DNA of 64,000 bases from the human T2T-CHM13v2.0 reference genome, Homo sapiens (GCF_009914755.1 NC_060929.1); one strand, 5' to 3'; positions 13,945-31,120 are shown, counted from the first letter of the stretch. Made by a program: numbers and translations. Notes: generated from the sequence alone by a model not told the origin.

Positions 13945-14137
13945 GGGTTAATTTTTACTGTGAAGGCTACATAGTAAAAATTTTAGGCTTTATAGGCACT
14001 AGTTGTTCTCTGTAGCTTGTTTTACTTCTTCTAAACAAATCTTTAAAAATAAGAGAAAAATTCTTAGCCTGTAGGCCATTTAAAAACAGACTCTGCTGGC
14101 CAAAATGGGCATGGGAGTAGCAGTTGCTGATCCCTGC
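13945..14137. mobile_element. MER58-like hAT element
   Basis: tttttactgtgaaggctacatagtaaaaattttaggcttt...cagttgctgatccctg. Confidence 0.65.
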
Positions 14138-14221
14138 TCTAAACTGATGGTTTTTGTTATCATTTTATTTCATATTATCCATCTATGGCCACTAGAAAGA
14201 TAGATGACCAAGTTTAAAAAA

Positions 14222-14485
14222 ATTTTTTTTCTACTTGACACGTAATAATTATATATATTTCTGGTGTGCATAGTGATGTTGCAATACATATGCAATACAT
14301 ATGGTGATGAGATCAGGGTAATCAGCATATCCATCATCTCAAACATTTATCATTTCTATGTGTTGGGAACATTCAATATCCTCTTTCTAGCTATTTGAAA
14401 CTGTATAATATATTATTGTTAACAATAGTCATCTTACGGTGCTATACAATATTGAAACTTATTCCTCCTGTCTAGCTGTAATTTA
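14222..14485 (-). mobile_element. L1MA (L1MA5-8-like) 3' end
   Basis: T-rich start; gatcagggtaatcagcatatccatcatctcaaacatttatcatttc...ttattcctcctgtctagctgtaattt. Confidence 0.8.
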
Positions 14486-14489
14486 GTTT

Positions 14490-15790
14490 TTCTCTCTTAC
14501 TGTGCTTGTCTGGTTTTGACTTCAAGATTATGTTAATTTTAAATATGAATTGGAAGTGTTATTTCCTGTTCTAGCACAGTTTAACAGTGATGTTATCTGT
14601 TCCTTAAACATAGAACTCATCTGAAAAATTGCATTGGTATGTGCAGAAGGGATCGGGACTGAGAGATTTTTTAGCTATTCATTCTATTTTCTTTAATGGC
14701 TGTGATCTCTTATTGGATATCAGGCTTCTTGGCTCTTTAGTGACCATTTGGCTTTTCTTTTTCTTGAATCAAATGTGATAAATTGTATGTCTTTAAGACA
14801 TTGGTCAGGTAACCTAAAGCTTTCAAAATTGTTGACCTGAAGTTGTACATAATATTTTGGATCTCTTGTTAACCTCTACAGTATCTAATCTTTCTTTACA
14901 TGATGAATTTTGCCAGGAGTAAGTTTGGTTTGTGTCTTTTTAGAAAATGAATTATTTACCTTTTATTTTTTCCTCTAGTTCATTAGTTTGTTTTTTAAAT
15001 TTCTTATTATTTTTCAACTATTGTACTAGGTTTTTTGTATATTAATTATGTCATCTTCTTTCATAATATGGAAATTTCAGGCATTAATTTTTCTACCATG
15101 GTTTGCAATTTGATATGTAGCATTTTCATTTTTTGTGCTAAATATTTTCAGTTTCTATTATCCTTTTTTGACCTATTTAAAGTTTTAAAAATATTCCTAA
15201 ATGTATGAGATTTTTAAAAAGTTATCTTTTTATCATCAATAATTTAATCACTCTAAATTGGTTGGTATGATACCAATTATTTAGATTTATGAAGATTTGT
15301 TTATGTCTAGTGCATGGAAAATTTTGTAAATTTTGGTGTGTGCTTAAAGAGAATACCTATTCTCTAATTTGGGTGGTGGGTTCTCTGTGTGTCCATTTCA
15401 TCAAGCTTGCTAAATGTATTATTCATGTCTTTCTAAATGCTTAAATTTTCATATGCTTGACCTTGTAATTAATCAGAAAGCAATTCTAACTTTCCATCAA
15501 AATTGTGGTTTTATAATTCTGTAAATTTATTTATACTTATTATGAGGCTATGTCCTTAGATGCATGAAAATTTTAGATTTCCTTATGGATTGTAATTTTT
15601 ATCAGAGTTGTAAGCCTCCTTATTTCTAGCAATAATATTGCTTTAGTGTCTTTTTCATGTGATGTTGATCTTGCTTGCTATGCCAACATTTTTTTCAGTT
15701 ACAAACTTTATCCTATTTGGGGTTTGTTCAACTTGTTGGATTTGTAATTTTATAGTTATCATCACGTTTGAGAAATATTCAGCCATTATC
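14490..15790 (-). mobile_element. Highly decayed old L1M fragments (antisense)
   Basis: T-rich antisense ORF2-like phrases such as tttgatatgtagcattttcatt and tattctctaatttgggtg. Confidence 0.5.
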
Positions 15791-16819
15791 AAATATCAAA
15801 ATCAAAAGTCCAGTAGGATAGGGCACCAGTCAGAGTTTTGAGTCCCGCTTTGCAGGACCCAGCTCTCAGATGACATTTCTAGACACACCCTGGGCCAGAA
15901 GGGAATCTCTGCCTTGAAGGGAAGGACCCAGTCCCAGTCCTGGCAGGACCCATCAACTGCTGACTAAAGAGCCCTTGGGCCATGAATAACCAGTAGCAAT
16001 ATCTAGGTAGTATGCAATGAACCTTGGGTGACACTCTGAAACTTGCTGGCTTCAGGCGAGACTCAGCATATTCTCATTGGGAGTGATTATGGGGAGAGGT
16101 TCCTTCTGCTTGAGAAAAGCAGAGGGGAAAGTAATAGGACTTTATCTTGCACCTTATGTACCAGCTCAGCTACAGGGGAGTAGAGAACCAAGTGGGTTCT
16201 TGGGGTCCCTGATTCCAGGCCTTGGCTCTTGGACAGCATTTCTGGATCTGCCCTGGGCTAGAGGGGAGCCCAGTACTTGGAAGGGTGATTCCCAGACCAG
16301 GCAGCATTCATCACAAGCTGCTGAAGAGCCCTTGGACTTTAAGGAAATGCTAGTGGTAGCCTGGCAATAGTTCCCGTGGATCAGTAGTTGTAGTGGCCAT
16401 GGTGTGGCCATTTCCCCCTCTTCCTACCCCTGCCTATGGAAAGGGAAAATTAGAGTGGGAAGTACTGTGTCCCATGGTTTGAGTGCCAGCTCAGCTGCAA
16501 TACAGCAGAACACCAGGTAGATTTCTAAGGTTTTTGACTCCAGTCCATGGCTTCCAGACAGTATCTCTGGACCCACCAAGGGCCTGGGGGAACTCATTAC
16601 TCTGAAAGGAAGGATACAAACCTGGCTGCCATTGCCACCTGCTGATTTTAGAGCTCCAGGGCCTTGAGCGCACATAGGCAGTAGCCAGGTAGTAGTTACA
16701 CTAGGCTTGTGTGAGACCCACTGCTGTGCTGGCTTCATGTCTGACCCAGTGCAGTCTCAGTGGTGGTGGCCACAGGGGTGCCTGTGTTACTCCACCCCCA
16801 GCTCCAGACAGCTCTGAAC

Positions 16820-16839
16820 AGAGAGACAGAGACAGAGAC

Positions 16840-16889
<50 letters not shown>

Positions 16890-16892
16890 AGA
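16820..16892. repeat. (GAGACA)n-(GA)n microsatellite
   Basis: Directly visible purine-rich tandem repeat within the L1 5'UTR. Confidence 0.95.
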
Positions 16893-17816
16893 GATTCCTC
16901 TTGTTGGGAGAAAGTAAGGGAAGACAACAAGAGTTTCTGCCTTGTAATCCAGAAAATTCTTCCAGGTCTTATTCAAGACCATCAACGTGGTACCTCTACA
17001 AGTCTGTAAGAACCACAGTGTTATTGGGCTTTGGATGACCCTTAATGCAGATACAGTTAGATCACAACAGTCAAGTTCTTCCAAATACCTGAAAGGCCTT
17101 CCCAAGGAGGATGGGTAGAAACAAGCCCAGATTGTGAAGCTATAATAAATACTTAACTATTTAATTAAGAGACAGATGAAGACTCAGGACTATACTGGAA
17201 AACATGACCTCACTAAATGGACTAAATAAGGTACCAGGGACCAATCCTGGAGAAACAGAGATAGGTGACATTTCAGGGAATTCAAAATACCTGTTTTGAG
17301 GAAACTCCAAGAAATCAGGATAACACAGAGAAGGAATTCAGAATTCTATCAGATAAATTTTAAGAAGAGTTTGAAATAATTAAAAGGAATCAAGCAGAAA
17401 TTCTGGAGTTGAAAAATGCAATTGACATACTGAAGGATTCATCAGAGTCTTTAATAGCAGAATTGATCAGGCAAAAGAAAGAATTAGTGAGCTTGAAGAC
17501 AGAATATTTGAAAATACACCATCAGAGGGGACAAAAGAAAAAAAGAATAAAAAAGAATAAAGCACACCTACAGGATCTAGAAAATGGTTTCAAAAGGGCA
17601 AATCTAAAAGTTATATTGGCCTTAAAAGTGATAGAGGAAGAGATACGTGTAGATAGTTTTTTCAAAGGGCTAACAGAACTTCCCAAATCTAAGGAAACAT
17701 ATTAATATTCAAGCACAAGAAGGTTGTAGAACACCAAACAGATTTAATCCAAAGAAGACTACCTCAAGGCATTTAATAATCAAACTTATGAAAGTCAATA
17801 ATAAAGAAAGAATCTT

Positions 17817-18844
17817 GAGAGAAATAGCAAGATGGCCAAATAGGAACAGCTCCAGTCTACAGCTCCCAGTGTGAGTGATGCAGAAGATGGGTGATTTCTG
17901 CATTTCCAACTGAGGTACCAGGTTCATCTCACTGGGGAGTGTCAGAAAGTGGATGCAGGACAGTGGGTGCAGTGCACCGAGCATGAGCCGAAGCAGGGCG
18001 AGGCATCGCCTCACCCGGGAAGCACAAGGGGTCAGGGAATTCCCTTTCCTAGTCAAAGAAAGGGGTGACAGATGGCACCTGGAAAATCGGGTCACTCCCA
18101 ACCTAATACTGCGCTTTTCCAATGGTCTTAGCAAACGACACACCAGGAGATTATATCCCGCGCCTGGCTTGGAGGGTCCTACGCCCACAGAGCCTCGCTC
18201 ATTGCTAGCACAGCAGTCTAAGATCAAACTGCAAGGCAGCAGTGAGGCTGGGGGAAGGGCACCCACCACTGCTGAGGCTTGAGTAGGTAAACAAAGCAGC
18301 TGGGAAGCTCGAACTGGGTGGAGCTCACTGCAGCTCAAGGAGGCCTGCCTGCCTTTGTAGACTCCACTTCTGGGGGCAGGGCATAGCCAAACAAAAGGCA
18401 GCAGAATCCTCTGCAGACTTAAATGTCCCTGTCTGACAGCTTCGAAGAGAGTAGTTGTTCTCCCAGCACGCAGCTGGAGATCTGAGAACGGACAGACTGC
18501 CTCCTCAAGTGGGTCCCTGACCCCTGAGTAGCCTAACTTGGAAGCACCCCCCAGTAGGGGCAGACTGACACCTCACACGGCAGGGTACTCCTCTGAGACA
18601 AAACTTCTGGAGGAATGATCAGGAAGCAACATTTGCTGTTCACCAATATCTGCTGTTCTGCAGCCTCCACTGCTGATACCCAGGCAAACAGGGTCTGGAG
18701 TGGACCTCCAGCAAACTCCAACAGACCTGTAGCTGAGGGTCCTGACTGTTAGAAGGAAAACTAACAAACAGAAAGGACACCCACACCAAAACCCCATCTG
18801 TACGTCACCATCATCAAAGACCAAAGGTAGATACAACCACAAAG
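17817..18844 (+). promoter_or_regulatory. L1 5'UTR internal sense/antisense promoter with YY1 motif
   Basis: YY1 core caagatggcc about 12 nt from the 5' end; many CpGs have decayed to TpG/CpA. Activity is not shown by the sequence. Confidence 0.75.
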
Positions 18845-19863
18845 ATGGGTAAAAAACAGAGCAGAAAAACCAGAAACTCTAAAAATCAGAGCACCTCTCC
18901 TCCTTCGAAGGAACGCAGCTCTTCACCAGAAACGGAACAAAGCTGGAAGGAGAATGACTTTGACAAGTTGAGAGAAGAAGTCTTCAGACGATCAAACTAC
19001 TCCGAGCTAAAGGAGGAAGTTCGAACCCATGGCAAAGAAGTTAAAAACCTTCAAAAAAAAAATTAGATGAATGGCTAACTAGAATAACCAATGCAGAGAA
19101 GTCCTTAAAGGACCTGATGGAGCTGAAAACCATGGCAAGAGAACTACGTGATGAATGCACAAGCCTCAGTAGCCGATTCGATCAACTGGAAGAAAGGGTA
19201 TCAGTGATGGAAGATCAAATGAATGAAATGAAGTGAGAAGAGAAGTTTAGAGAAAAAAGAGTAAAAAGAAACGAACAAAGCCTCCAAGAAATATGGGACT
19301 ATGTGAAAAGACCAAATCTACGTCTGATTGGCGTACCTGAAAGTGACGGGGAGAACGGACCCAAGTAGGAAAACCCTCTGCAGGATATTATCCAGGAGAA
19401 CTTCCCCAATCTAGCAAGGCAGGCCAACATTCAAATTCAGGAAATACAGAGAACACCACAAAGATACTCCACGAGAAGAGCAAGTCCAAGACACATAATT
19501 GTCAGATTCACCAAAGTTGAAATGAAGGAAAAAATGTTAAGGGCAGCCAGAGAGAAAGGTCAGGTTACCCATAAAGGAAAGCCCATCAGACTAACAGCTG
19601 ATCTCTCAGCAGAAACTCTACAAGCCAGAAGAGAGTGGGGGCCAATATTCAACATTCTTAAAGAAAAGATTTTTTAACCCAGAATTTCATATCCAGCCAA
19701 ACTAAGCTTCATAAATGAAGGAGAAATAAAATCCTTTACAGAGAAGCAAATGCTGAGAGATTTTGTCACCGCCAGGCCTGCCCTAAAAGAGCTCCTGAAG
19801 GAAGCACTAAACATGGAAAGGAAAAACTGGGACCAGCCACTGCAAAGACATGACAAATTGTAA
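18845..19863 (+). pseudogene. L1 ORF1p (RNA-binding chaperone), disrupted
   Basis: MGKKQSRKTRNSKNQ start; frameshift in the A-run near 19053-19062 and further premature stops; native TAA at 19861-19863. Confidence 0.92.
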
Positions 19864-19926
19864 AGACCATCGAGGCTAGGAAGAAACTGCATCAACTAAT
19901 GAGCAAAATAACCAGCTAACATCATA

Positions 19927-23763
<3,837 letters not shown>

Positions 23764-26700
23764 ACAATGAGAACACATGGACACAGGAAAGGGAACATCA
23801 CACACCAGGGCCTGTTGCTGGGGGGTGGGAGTGGGGACGGATAGCATTAGGAGATATACCTAATGCTAATGACGAGTTAATGGGTGCAGCACACCAACAT
23901 GGCACGTGTATACATATGTAACTAACCTGCATGTTGTGCACATGTACCCTAAAATTTAAAGTATAATAAAAATAAAAGAAGGAATCTTAAAAGCAGCAAG
24001 ATAAAAGAAACAAATCACATACAATGGAGCCCCAATATGTCTGGCAGGAGACTTTACAGTGGAAATCTTACAGGCCAGGAGAGCATAGCATGACATACTT
24101 AAATTACTTAAGGAAAAAAAATTATCCTAGAGTAGTATATCTGGCAAAAATATTCTTCAAGCATGAAGGAGAAATAAAGTCTTTCTCAGAGAAACAAAAG
24201 CTGAGGGATTTCATCAACACCAGACCTATCCTACAAGAAGTATTAAAGGGACTACTCCCATCTGAAGAAAATGACATTAATGAACAATAAGAAATCATCC
24301 GAAGGTCCAAAACTTACTGGTTATGGTAAGTACACAGAAAAACACAGCATATTATAACAGTGTAACTGTGGTGTGTAAACTACTCTTATCTTAAGCAGAA
24401 AGACTAAAAAGTGAACCAATAAAAATAATAACTACAACAACTTTTCAAGACATGGACAGTAGAAGATATAAATAGAAACAAAAAGTTAAAAAGCAGAGGG
24501 ATGGAGTTAAAATGTGGAGTTTTTATTAGTTTTCTTTTTGCTTGTTTGTTTATGCAAACAATGTTAAGTTGTTATCAGCTTAAGATAATGGGTTATAAGA
24601 CAGTATTTGCAAGCCTCATGGCACCCTAAATCAAAAAACATATAATGGATACAGAAAGAATAAAAAGCAAGAAATTAAATCATACTAGCAGAGAAAAATC
24701 ACCTTCATTTTATGGCTATAAGTTCCTACATTAAAAAAGAAGAAAGACTTCAAATCAACAATCTAACAATATATCTTAAAGACCAAAGAAACAAAAGCAG
24801 GAGCAAACCAAATGCAAAATTAGTAGAAGAAAAGAAATAATAAGGATCAGAGCAGAAATAAATGAATTCAAAATGAAGAAAACAGTACAAAAATCAACAA
24901 AACAAAAAGTTGATTTTTTTTGTAAAAATAAACAACATTGACCAATCTTTAGTGAGATTAATGAAAAAAAAAGAGGGAAGACTCAAATAAAATCAGAGAT
25001 GAAAAAGTAGACCTTACAACTGATACCACAGAAATTCAAAGTATCATTAGCAGGTACTAAGAGCAACTATATATCAATACATTGGAAAATAAAGAAGAAA
25101 TGAACAAATTCCTGGACACATGCAACCTACCAAGAGTCAACCATGAAGAAATCCAAAACCTGAACGGACTAGTAACAAGTAACAAGATTACAAGATTGAA
25201 GCATTAATGCAAAGTTACCCAGAAAAAAACAAAAAAAAGCCTGGGACCTCATGGCTTCACTGCTGAGTTCTACCAAACATTTAAAGAAGAACTAGTATCA
25301 ATCCTACTTAAACTATTCTGAAAAATAGAGGAGGAAGAAATACTTCCAAACTCATTCTGTGAAGCCAGTATTACTCTGATACCAAAACCAGACAAAGACA
25401 CAGCAAAAGAAGAAAATTACAGGCCAATATCTCTGATGAATATTGATGAAAAAATCCTCAACAAAATATTAGCAAACCAAATTAAACAACACATTGAAAA
25501 GATCATTCATCATGACCAAGTGAGATTTACCCCTGGGATGCAAGGATGGTTCAACATATGCAAATCAATCAATGGGATACATCAGATGAACAGAATGAAG
25601 GTTAAAAACCATATGGCCATTTCTATTGATGCTGAAAAAGCATTTGATAATATTCAACATCCCTTTATGATAAAAACCCTAAGAAAGCTGGGTATAGAAG
25701 GAACATACCTCAACATAATAAAAGCCATGTATGGCAGACCCATAGCAGGCATCATATTGAATTGAGAGAAACTGAAAGTCTTCACTCTAAGATCTGTAAC
25801 AAGACAAGGATGTCTACTTTCACCTAGCTAGAGCAATCAGACAAGGGAAAGAAACCAAGCGCATCCAAATTGGAAAGGAAGAAGTCAAATTATCTTTGTT
25901 TGCAGATTATGTTATCTTATATTTGGAAATACCTAAAGACTACAGCAAATTATTCAGTACAGCACAGAAAATTATTCAGTAAAGATGCAGGATACAAAAT
26001 CAACATACAATAATCAGTAGCATTTTTATATACCAACAGTGAACAATCTGAAAAAGAAATGTAACAAGTAATTCCATTTATAATAGCTAGAAATAAAATA
26101 AAATATCTAGGAATTAATGTAATGAAAGAAGTGGAAGATCTTTATAGTAAAAACTATAAAACAGCTGATGTAAGAAATTAAATAAGATACAAAAAAAGCA
26201 AAGATATTCCATGTTCATGAATTGGAAGAATCAATACTGTTAAAATGCCCATACTACCCAAGGCAATCTACACATTCAGTGGAACCCCTATCAAAATAAC
26301 AATGATATTCTTTACAGAAATATAAAAAAATCTTAAAATTTATAAGGAACCATAAAAGACCCAGAAGAATCAAAGCTTTTCCAAACAAAAACAACAGAAT
26401 TAGAAGAATCACATTACCTGACTTTATACTACTAAGCTATAGTAACCAAAACAGCATGGTACTGGCATAAAAACAGACACATAGATCAGCAGAGCAGAAT
26501 AGAGAGCCCAGAGTTAAATCCGTACATCTATAGTGAACTAAGTTTTGGGAAAAGGTGCAAAGAACATACAGTGGGGGAAAGAGCAGTCTCGTTAATAAAT
26601 GGTGCTAGGAAAACCGGATATCCATATGCAAAAGAATGAAACTAGACCCCCTATTTCTTGCTATATACAAAAATCAAATAAAAATGGATTAAAAACTTAA

Positions 26701-27802
26701 ATCTAAGACCTTAAACTATGAAACTACTGAAAGCAAACATTAAGGAAATTCTCCAGGATACTGGACTGGGCAAAGGTTTCTTGAATAATACCCCACAAGG
26801 ACAGACAACCAAAGCAAAAATGGACAAATGGGATCACATCAAGTTAAAAATCTTCAGCACAGCAAAGGAAACAATCAACAAAGTGAAGACACAATGCACA
26901 GAATGGGAGAAAATATTTGCAAACTACCCATCTGACAAGGGATTAATAACCAGAATATATAAGGAGCTCAAACAACTCTACAGGAAAAAAATCTAATAAT
27001 CTGATTAAAAAATGGGTAAAATGTCTGAATAGACATTTTGCAAAAGAAAACATACCAATGGCAAACAGGTATATGAAAAGGTGTTCAACATCACTGATAA
27101 TCAGGGAAATGCAACTAAAAAATACAGTGAGATATCATTTCACCCCAGTTAAAATGGCTTTTAACCAAAAGCCAAAATAAGAAATGCTGGCAAGGATATG
27201 AAGAAAAGGGAACCCTTGTACGCTGTTAGTGGGAATGTAAATTAGTAAAACCACTATGGAGAACAGTTGGAGGTTTCTCAAAAACCTAAAAATAGAGCTA
27301 CCATACAATGCAGCAATCTTTTTCATAGGTATATACCCCAAAGAAATGGAATCAGTATATGGAAGAAATATCTACACTACCATGTTTGCTGCAGCAGTAT
27401 TTACAATAGGTAAGATTGGGAAGCCACCTAAGTATCTAGCAACAGGTGAATGGATACAGAAAATGTTGTACATATACATAATATAGTATTCTTCAGCCAT
27501 AAAAACAATGAGATGCTATTATTTGCACCAACATAGATGAAACTGAAAGTCCTTATGTTAAGTGAAATAGGCCAGGCATAGAAAGACAAACTTCACATAT
27601 TCTCACTTATTTGTGGAAGCTAAAAATTATAACAAATGAACTCATGGAGATAGAGAGTAAAAGGATGGTTACTAGAGACTGGGAAGGGTAGTACAGGGTA
27701 GTTGGAGGGGTAGTGGAGATGGCTAATGGGTACAAAAAATAGAAATAATGAATAAGACCTAGTACTTATTAACACAAAAGGGTGACTATAGTAAAAAATT
27801 AC

Positions 27803-27808
<6 letters not shown>

Positions 27809-27858
<50 letters not shown>
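27809..27858. repeat. (AT)n microsatellite, about 25 units
   Basis: Perfect AT run within the L1MA2 3'UTR. Confidence 0.97.
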
Positions 27859-27864
<6 letters not shown>

Positions 27865-27977
27865 AAGAGTGTAATTGGATTGTAACACAAAGGATAAATG
27901 CTGAGGTGATAGATACCCCCATTTACCCTGATGTGATTATTACACATTGCATGCCTATATCAAAATATTTCATGTAG

Positions 27978-28387
27978 ATAGGCTGGATAAATAAAATGTG
28001 GTACATATACACCATGGAATACTATACAGCCATAAAAAGGAATGAAATCATGTCCTTTGCAGGAATATGGGTGGAGCTGGAAACCATTATCCTCAGCAAA
28101 CTAACACAGTAACAGAAAACCAAACAACACATGTTCATACTTATAAGTGGGAGCTGAACAATGAGAACACATGGACACAGGGAGGGGAACACACACTGGG
28201 GCCTGTCAGGGAGTGGGGTGGGGTGAGGGCAAACATTAGAAAAAATAGCTTATACATGCTAGACTTAATACCTAGGTGATGGGTTGATAGGTATGGCAAA
28301 CCACCGTGGCACACATTTACCTATGTAACAAACTTGCACGTGCTTAAATTTTAAGTTAACCCAGAACTTAAAATTAAAATTTAAGAA
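27978..28387 (+). mobile_element. 5'-truncated L1PA13-15-like 3' end inserted in the L1MA2 3'UTR
   Basis: gtggtacatatacaccatggaatactat...acttaatacctaggtgatgggttgatagg...cagaacttaaaatt; flanked by aaaatatttcatgta and aaacatatttca..tata. Confidence 0.85.
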
Positions 28388-28398
28388 AACATATTTCA

Positions 28399-28767
<369 letters not shown>

Positions 28768-28847
28768 TTATGGTATTTGGAAAATACAAATAAGTACGCA
28801 GAATAAATCAGTCATATTTCCAGTATTAGACATAACCATGTTTACAC

Positions 28848-29138
28848 ATTTTTCTTTTTTTTGAGACGGAGTCTGGCTCTGTCACCCAGGCTGGAGAACA
28901 GTGACGTGATCTCGGCTTACTGCAAGCTCCGCCTCCTGGGTTCACACCATTCTCCTACCTCAGCCTCCCGAGCAGCTGGGACTAGCCCGCCACCTCCCCT
29001 GGCTAATTTTTTGTATTTTTAGTAGAGACAGGGTTTCACCATGTTAGCCAGGATGGTCTCGATCTCCTGACCTCGTGATCCAACCACCTCAGCCTCCCAA
29101 AGTGCTGGGATTACAGGCTTGAGCCACTGCACCCAACC
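28848..29138 (-). mobile_element. AluY
   Basis: ctgcaagctccgcctcc, ttcacaccattctcct, ttagccaggatggtctcgatctcctgacctcgtgatcc; flanking cacattttt repeats. Confidence 0.92.
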
Positions 29139-29295
29139 CCACATTTTTCATTTTTATAAAATTGTTGTTCCAGCAGGTACATGGGCATGATCACAAATAT
29201 TCATCCCAACCTAAGAAGCTCAGGAGTAGAAGTCAGTGGTTGCAACTGCTCCCAGGCAAGAGGCATGCCAGAGAAGGTCATGTCTTCTTTGAATA

Positions 29296-29631
29296 CAGTC
29301 ATTTGTTGCTTAACAATGGGCCAACAATCTGAGAAATGTCATTAGGTGATTTCATCGTTGTGTGTACATTATGGAGTGAACTTGTACAAACCTAGATGGT
29401 GTAGCCTACTACACACCTAGGGTATATGATATAGCCTATTGCTCCTAGGCTACAAACAAATACAGCATGTTTCTTTGCTGAATACCGTAGGCCACTGTAA
29501 CATAATGGTTAAGTGTTTGTATATCTAAACATAAAACAGGAAGAGTAAAAATATATATTGTAATATTGTGGGACCTCTGTGGTATATGCAATCTTTCATT
29601 GACTGAAACATTGTTATGCAATGCATGACTG
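29296..29631 (+). mobile_element. Tigger3a (MER7A)-like TcMar element
   Basis: TIRs cagtcat...atgactg; internal aaacctagatggtgtagcctactacacacctagg. Confidence 0.88.
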
Positions 29632-29929
29632 TGTAAAGGTTTTTCAATTGCATGTGAGAAGGCACTAGCCTGGGTGTCAAGGATCTTTCTAGTCCCAATC
29701 CGCCAATTGCTAGCTTTGGGCAAGCCACCTTCTCTCCCTGTTCCTGGTTTCCTGTTTGGTAAAATAGGCCTGTGTTCCTTAAACTCTTTTTTTTTAACAT
29801 TTCCAGAGCATGTCAACTAGCTTTATGCTTTGCATTAAAGTTAACCATTCTCTGGGACTTTAATTCACCTTTTTGTTTATGTCACTATTACATCCCTTAA
29901 TGGATTGTGTGATTATTATCCTTTTTATG

Positions 29930-30051
29930 TCTCTCTACCCCACTCTGCTGTGAGCTGTTTGAGGTCAGAGACTGTCCTACATATTTCCTGTGTTCCAAGG
30001 ACCTAGCACATGTCTCGCATGTAATAGTTGCTCAGCAAATACTTGTTGAAT
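29930..30051 (+). mobile_element. L2 3' end fragment
   Basis: ctgtgagctgtttgaggtcagagactgt...acctagcaca...gctcagcaaatacttgttgaat. Confidence 0.65.
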
Positions 30052-30056
30052 ATGAG

Positions 30057-30412
30057 TGATATGGTTTGGCTGTGTGTCCACCCAAATCTCATCTTGAATT
30101 GTAGCTCCCATAATTCCTTCATGTTGTGGGAGAAATCCAGTGGGAGATAATTTAATCATGGGGGCAGTTTCCCCCATACTGTTCTCATGGTAATGAGTAA
30201 GTCTCACAAGACCTGATGATTTTATAAGGGGAAACCCTTTCGCTTGGCTCCTATTCTCTTGTCTGCTGCCATGTGAGACATGCCTTTCACCTTCCACCAA
30301 CATTGTGAGGCCTCCCCAGCATGTGGAACTGTGAGTCCATCAAAACTCTTTCTTTTGTAAATTGCCAGTCTTGGGTATGTCTTTATCAGCAGTGTGAAAA
30401 CAGACTAATACA
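30057..30412 (+). mobile_element. THE1 solo LTR (THE1B/C-like)
   Basis: tgatatggtttggctgtgt...cagactaataca; 5-bp TSD atgag at 30052-30056 and 30413-30417. Confidence 0.95.
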
Positions 30413-31120
30413 ATGAGATTTCCAATTAAAATTTATTTCACCAATGCCATTTAATTATTTCCTGCTGGTTTATCTGTATGTCAGTAGTCAGTAGCATCCT
30501 TTAAAAAAATTTGACTTTCATTTTAGATACGGGGATACATGTGCAGGTTTATTACATGGTATACTGTATCCAGGTAGTGAGCATAGTACCCAATAGGTTG
30601 TTTTTCAACACATACTCCTCTTCCCACCTCCGCCCTTCCCCTGACCAGTAGTCAGCAGTGTCTATTGTTCCCATGTTTATGTCCATGTGCACTCAATGTT
30701 TAGCTCCAATTTATAAGTGAGAACGTGCAGTATTTGTTGTTTTGCTCCTGAGTTAATTAGCTTAGAATCACGGCCTCCAGCTTCATCCACTTTGCTGCAA
30801 AGAAAATGATTTTATTCTTCTTTATGGCTGCATAGTATTCCATGGTATAAACGTACCACATTTTCTTTATCCTGTTCATTGTTGATGGGCACCTAGGTTG
30901 GTTCCATGTCTTTGTTATTGTGAGTAGCATGGCAATGAACATATGAGTGTATGTGTCTTTTTTTGTATAACTCTCTATTTTCCTTTGGGTATATACTCAG
31001 TAATGGTATTCCTGAGTTGAATGGTAGCTCTGCTTTAAGTTTTGAGCAATCTCCAAACTGCTTTCCACAGTGGTTGAACTAATTTACCTTCCCACCAGCA
31101 GTGTACAAGCATTCCCTTTT

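Noticed and set aside
29100-29138. ggcttgagcc variant in AluY as evidence of an Old World monkey genome
   Set aside because: It is a single change at a CpG site and insufficient alone; the other elements fit hominoid L1PA3/L1PA4. Species is left unassigned.
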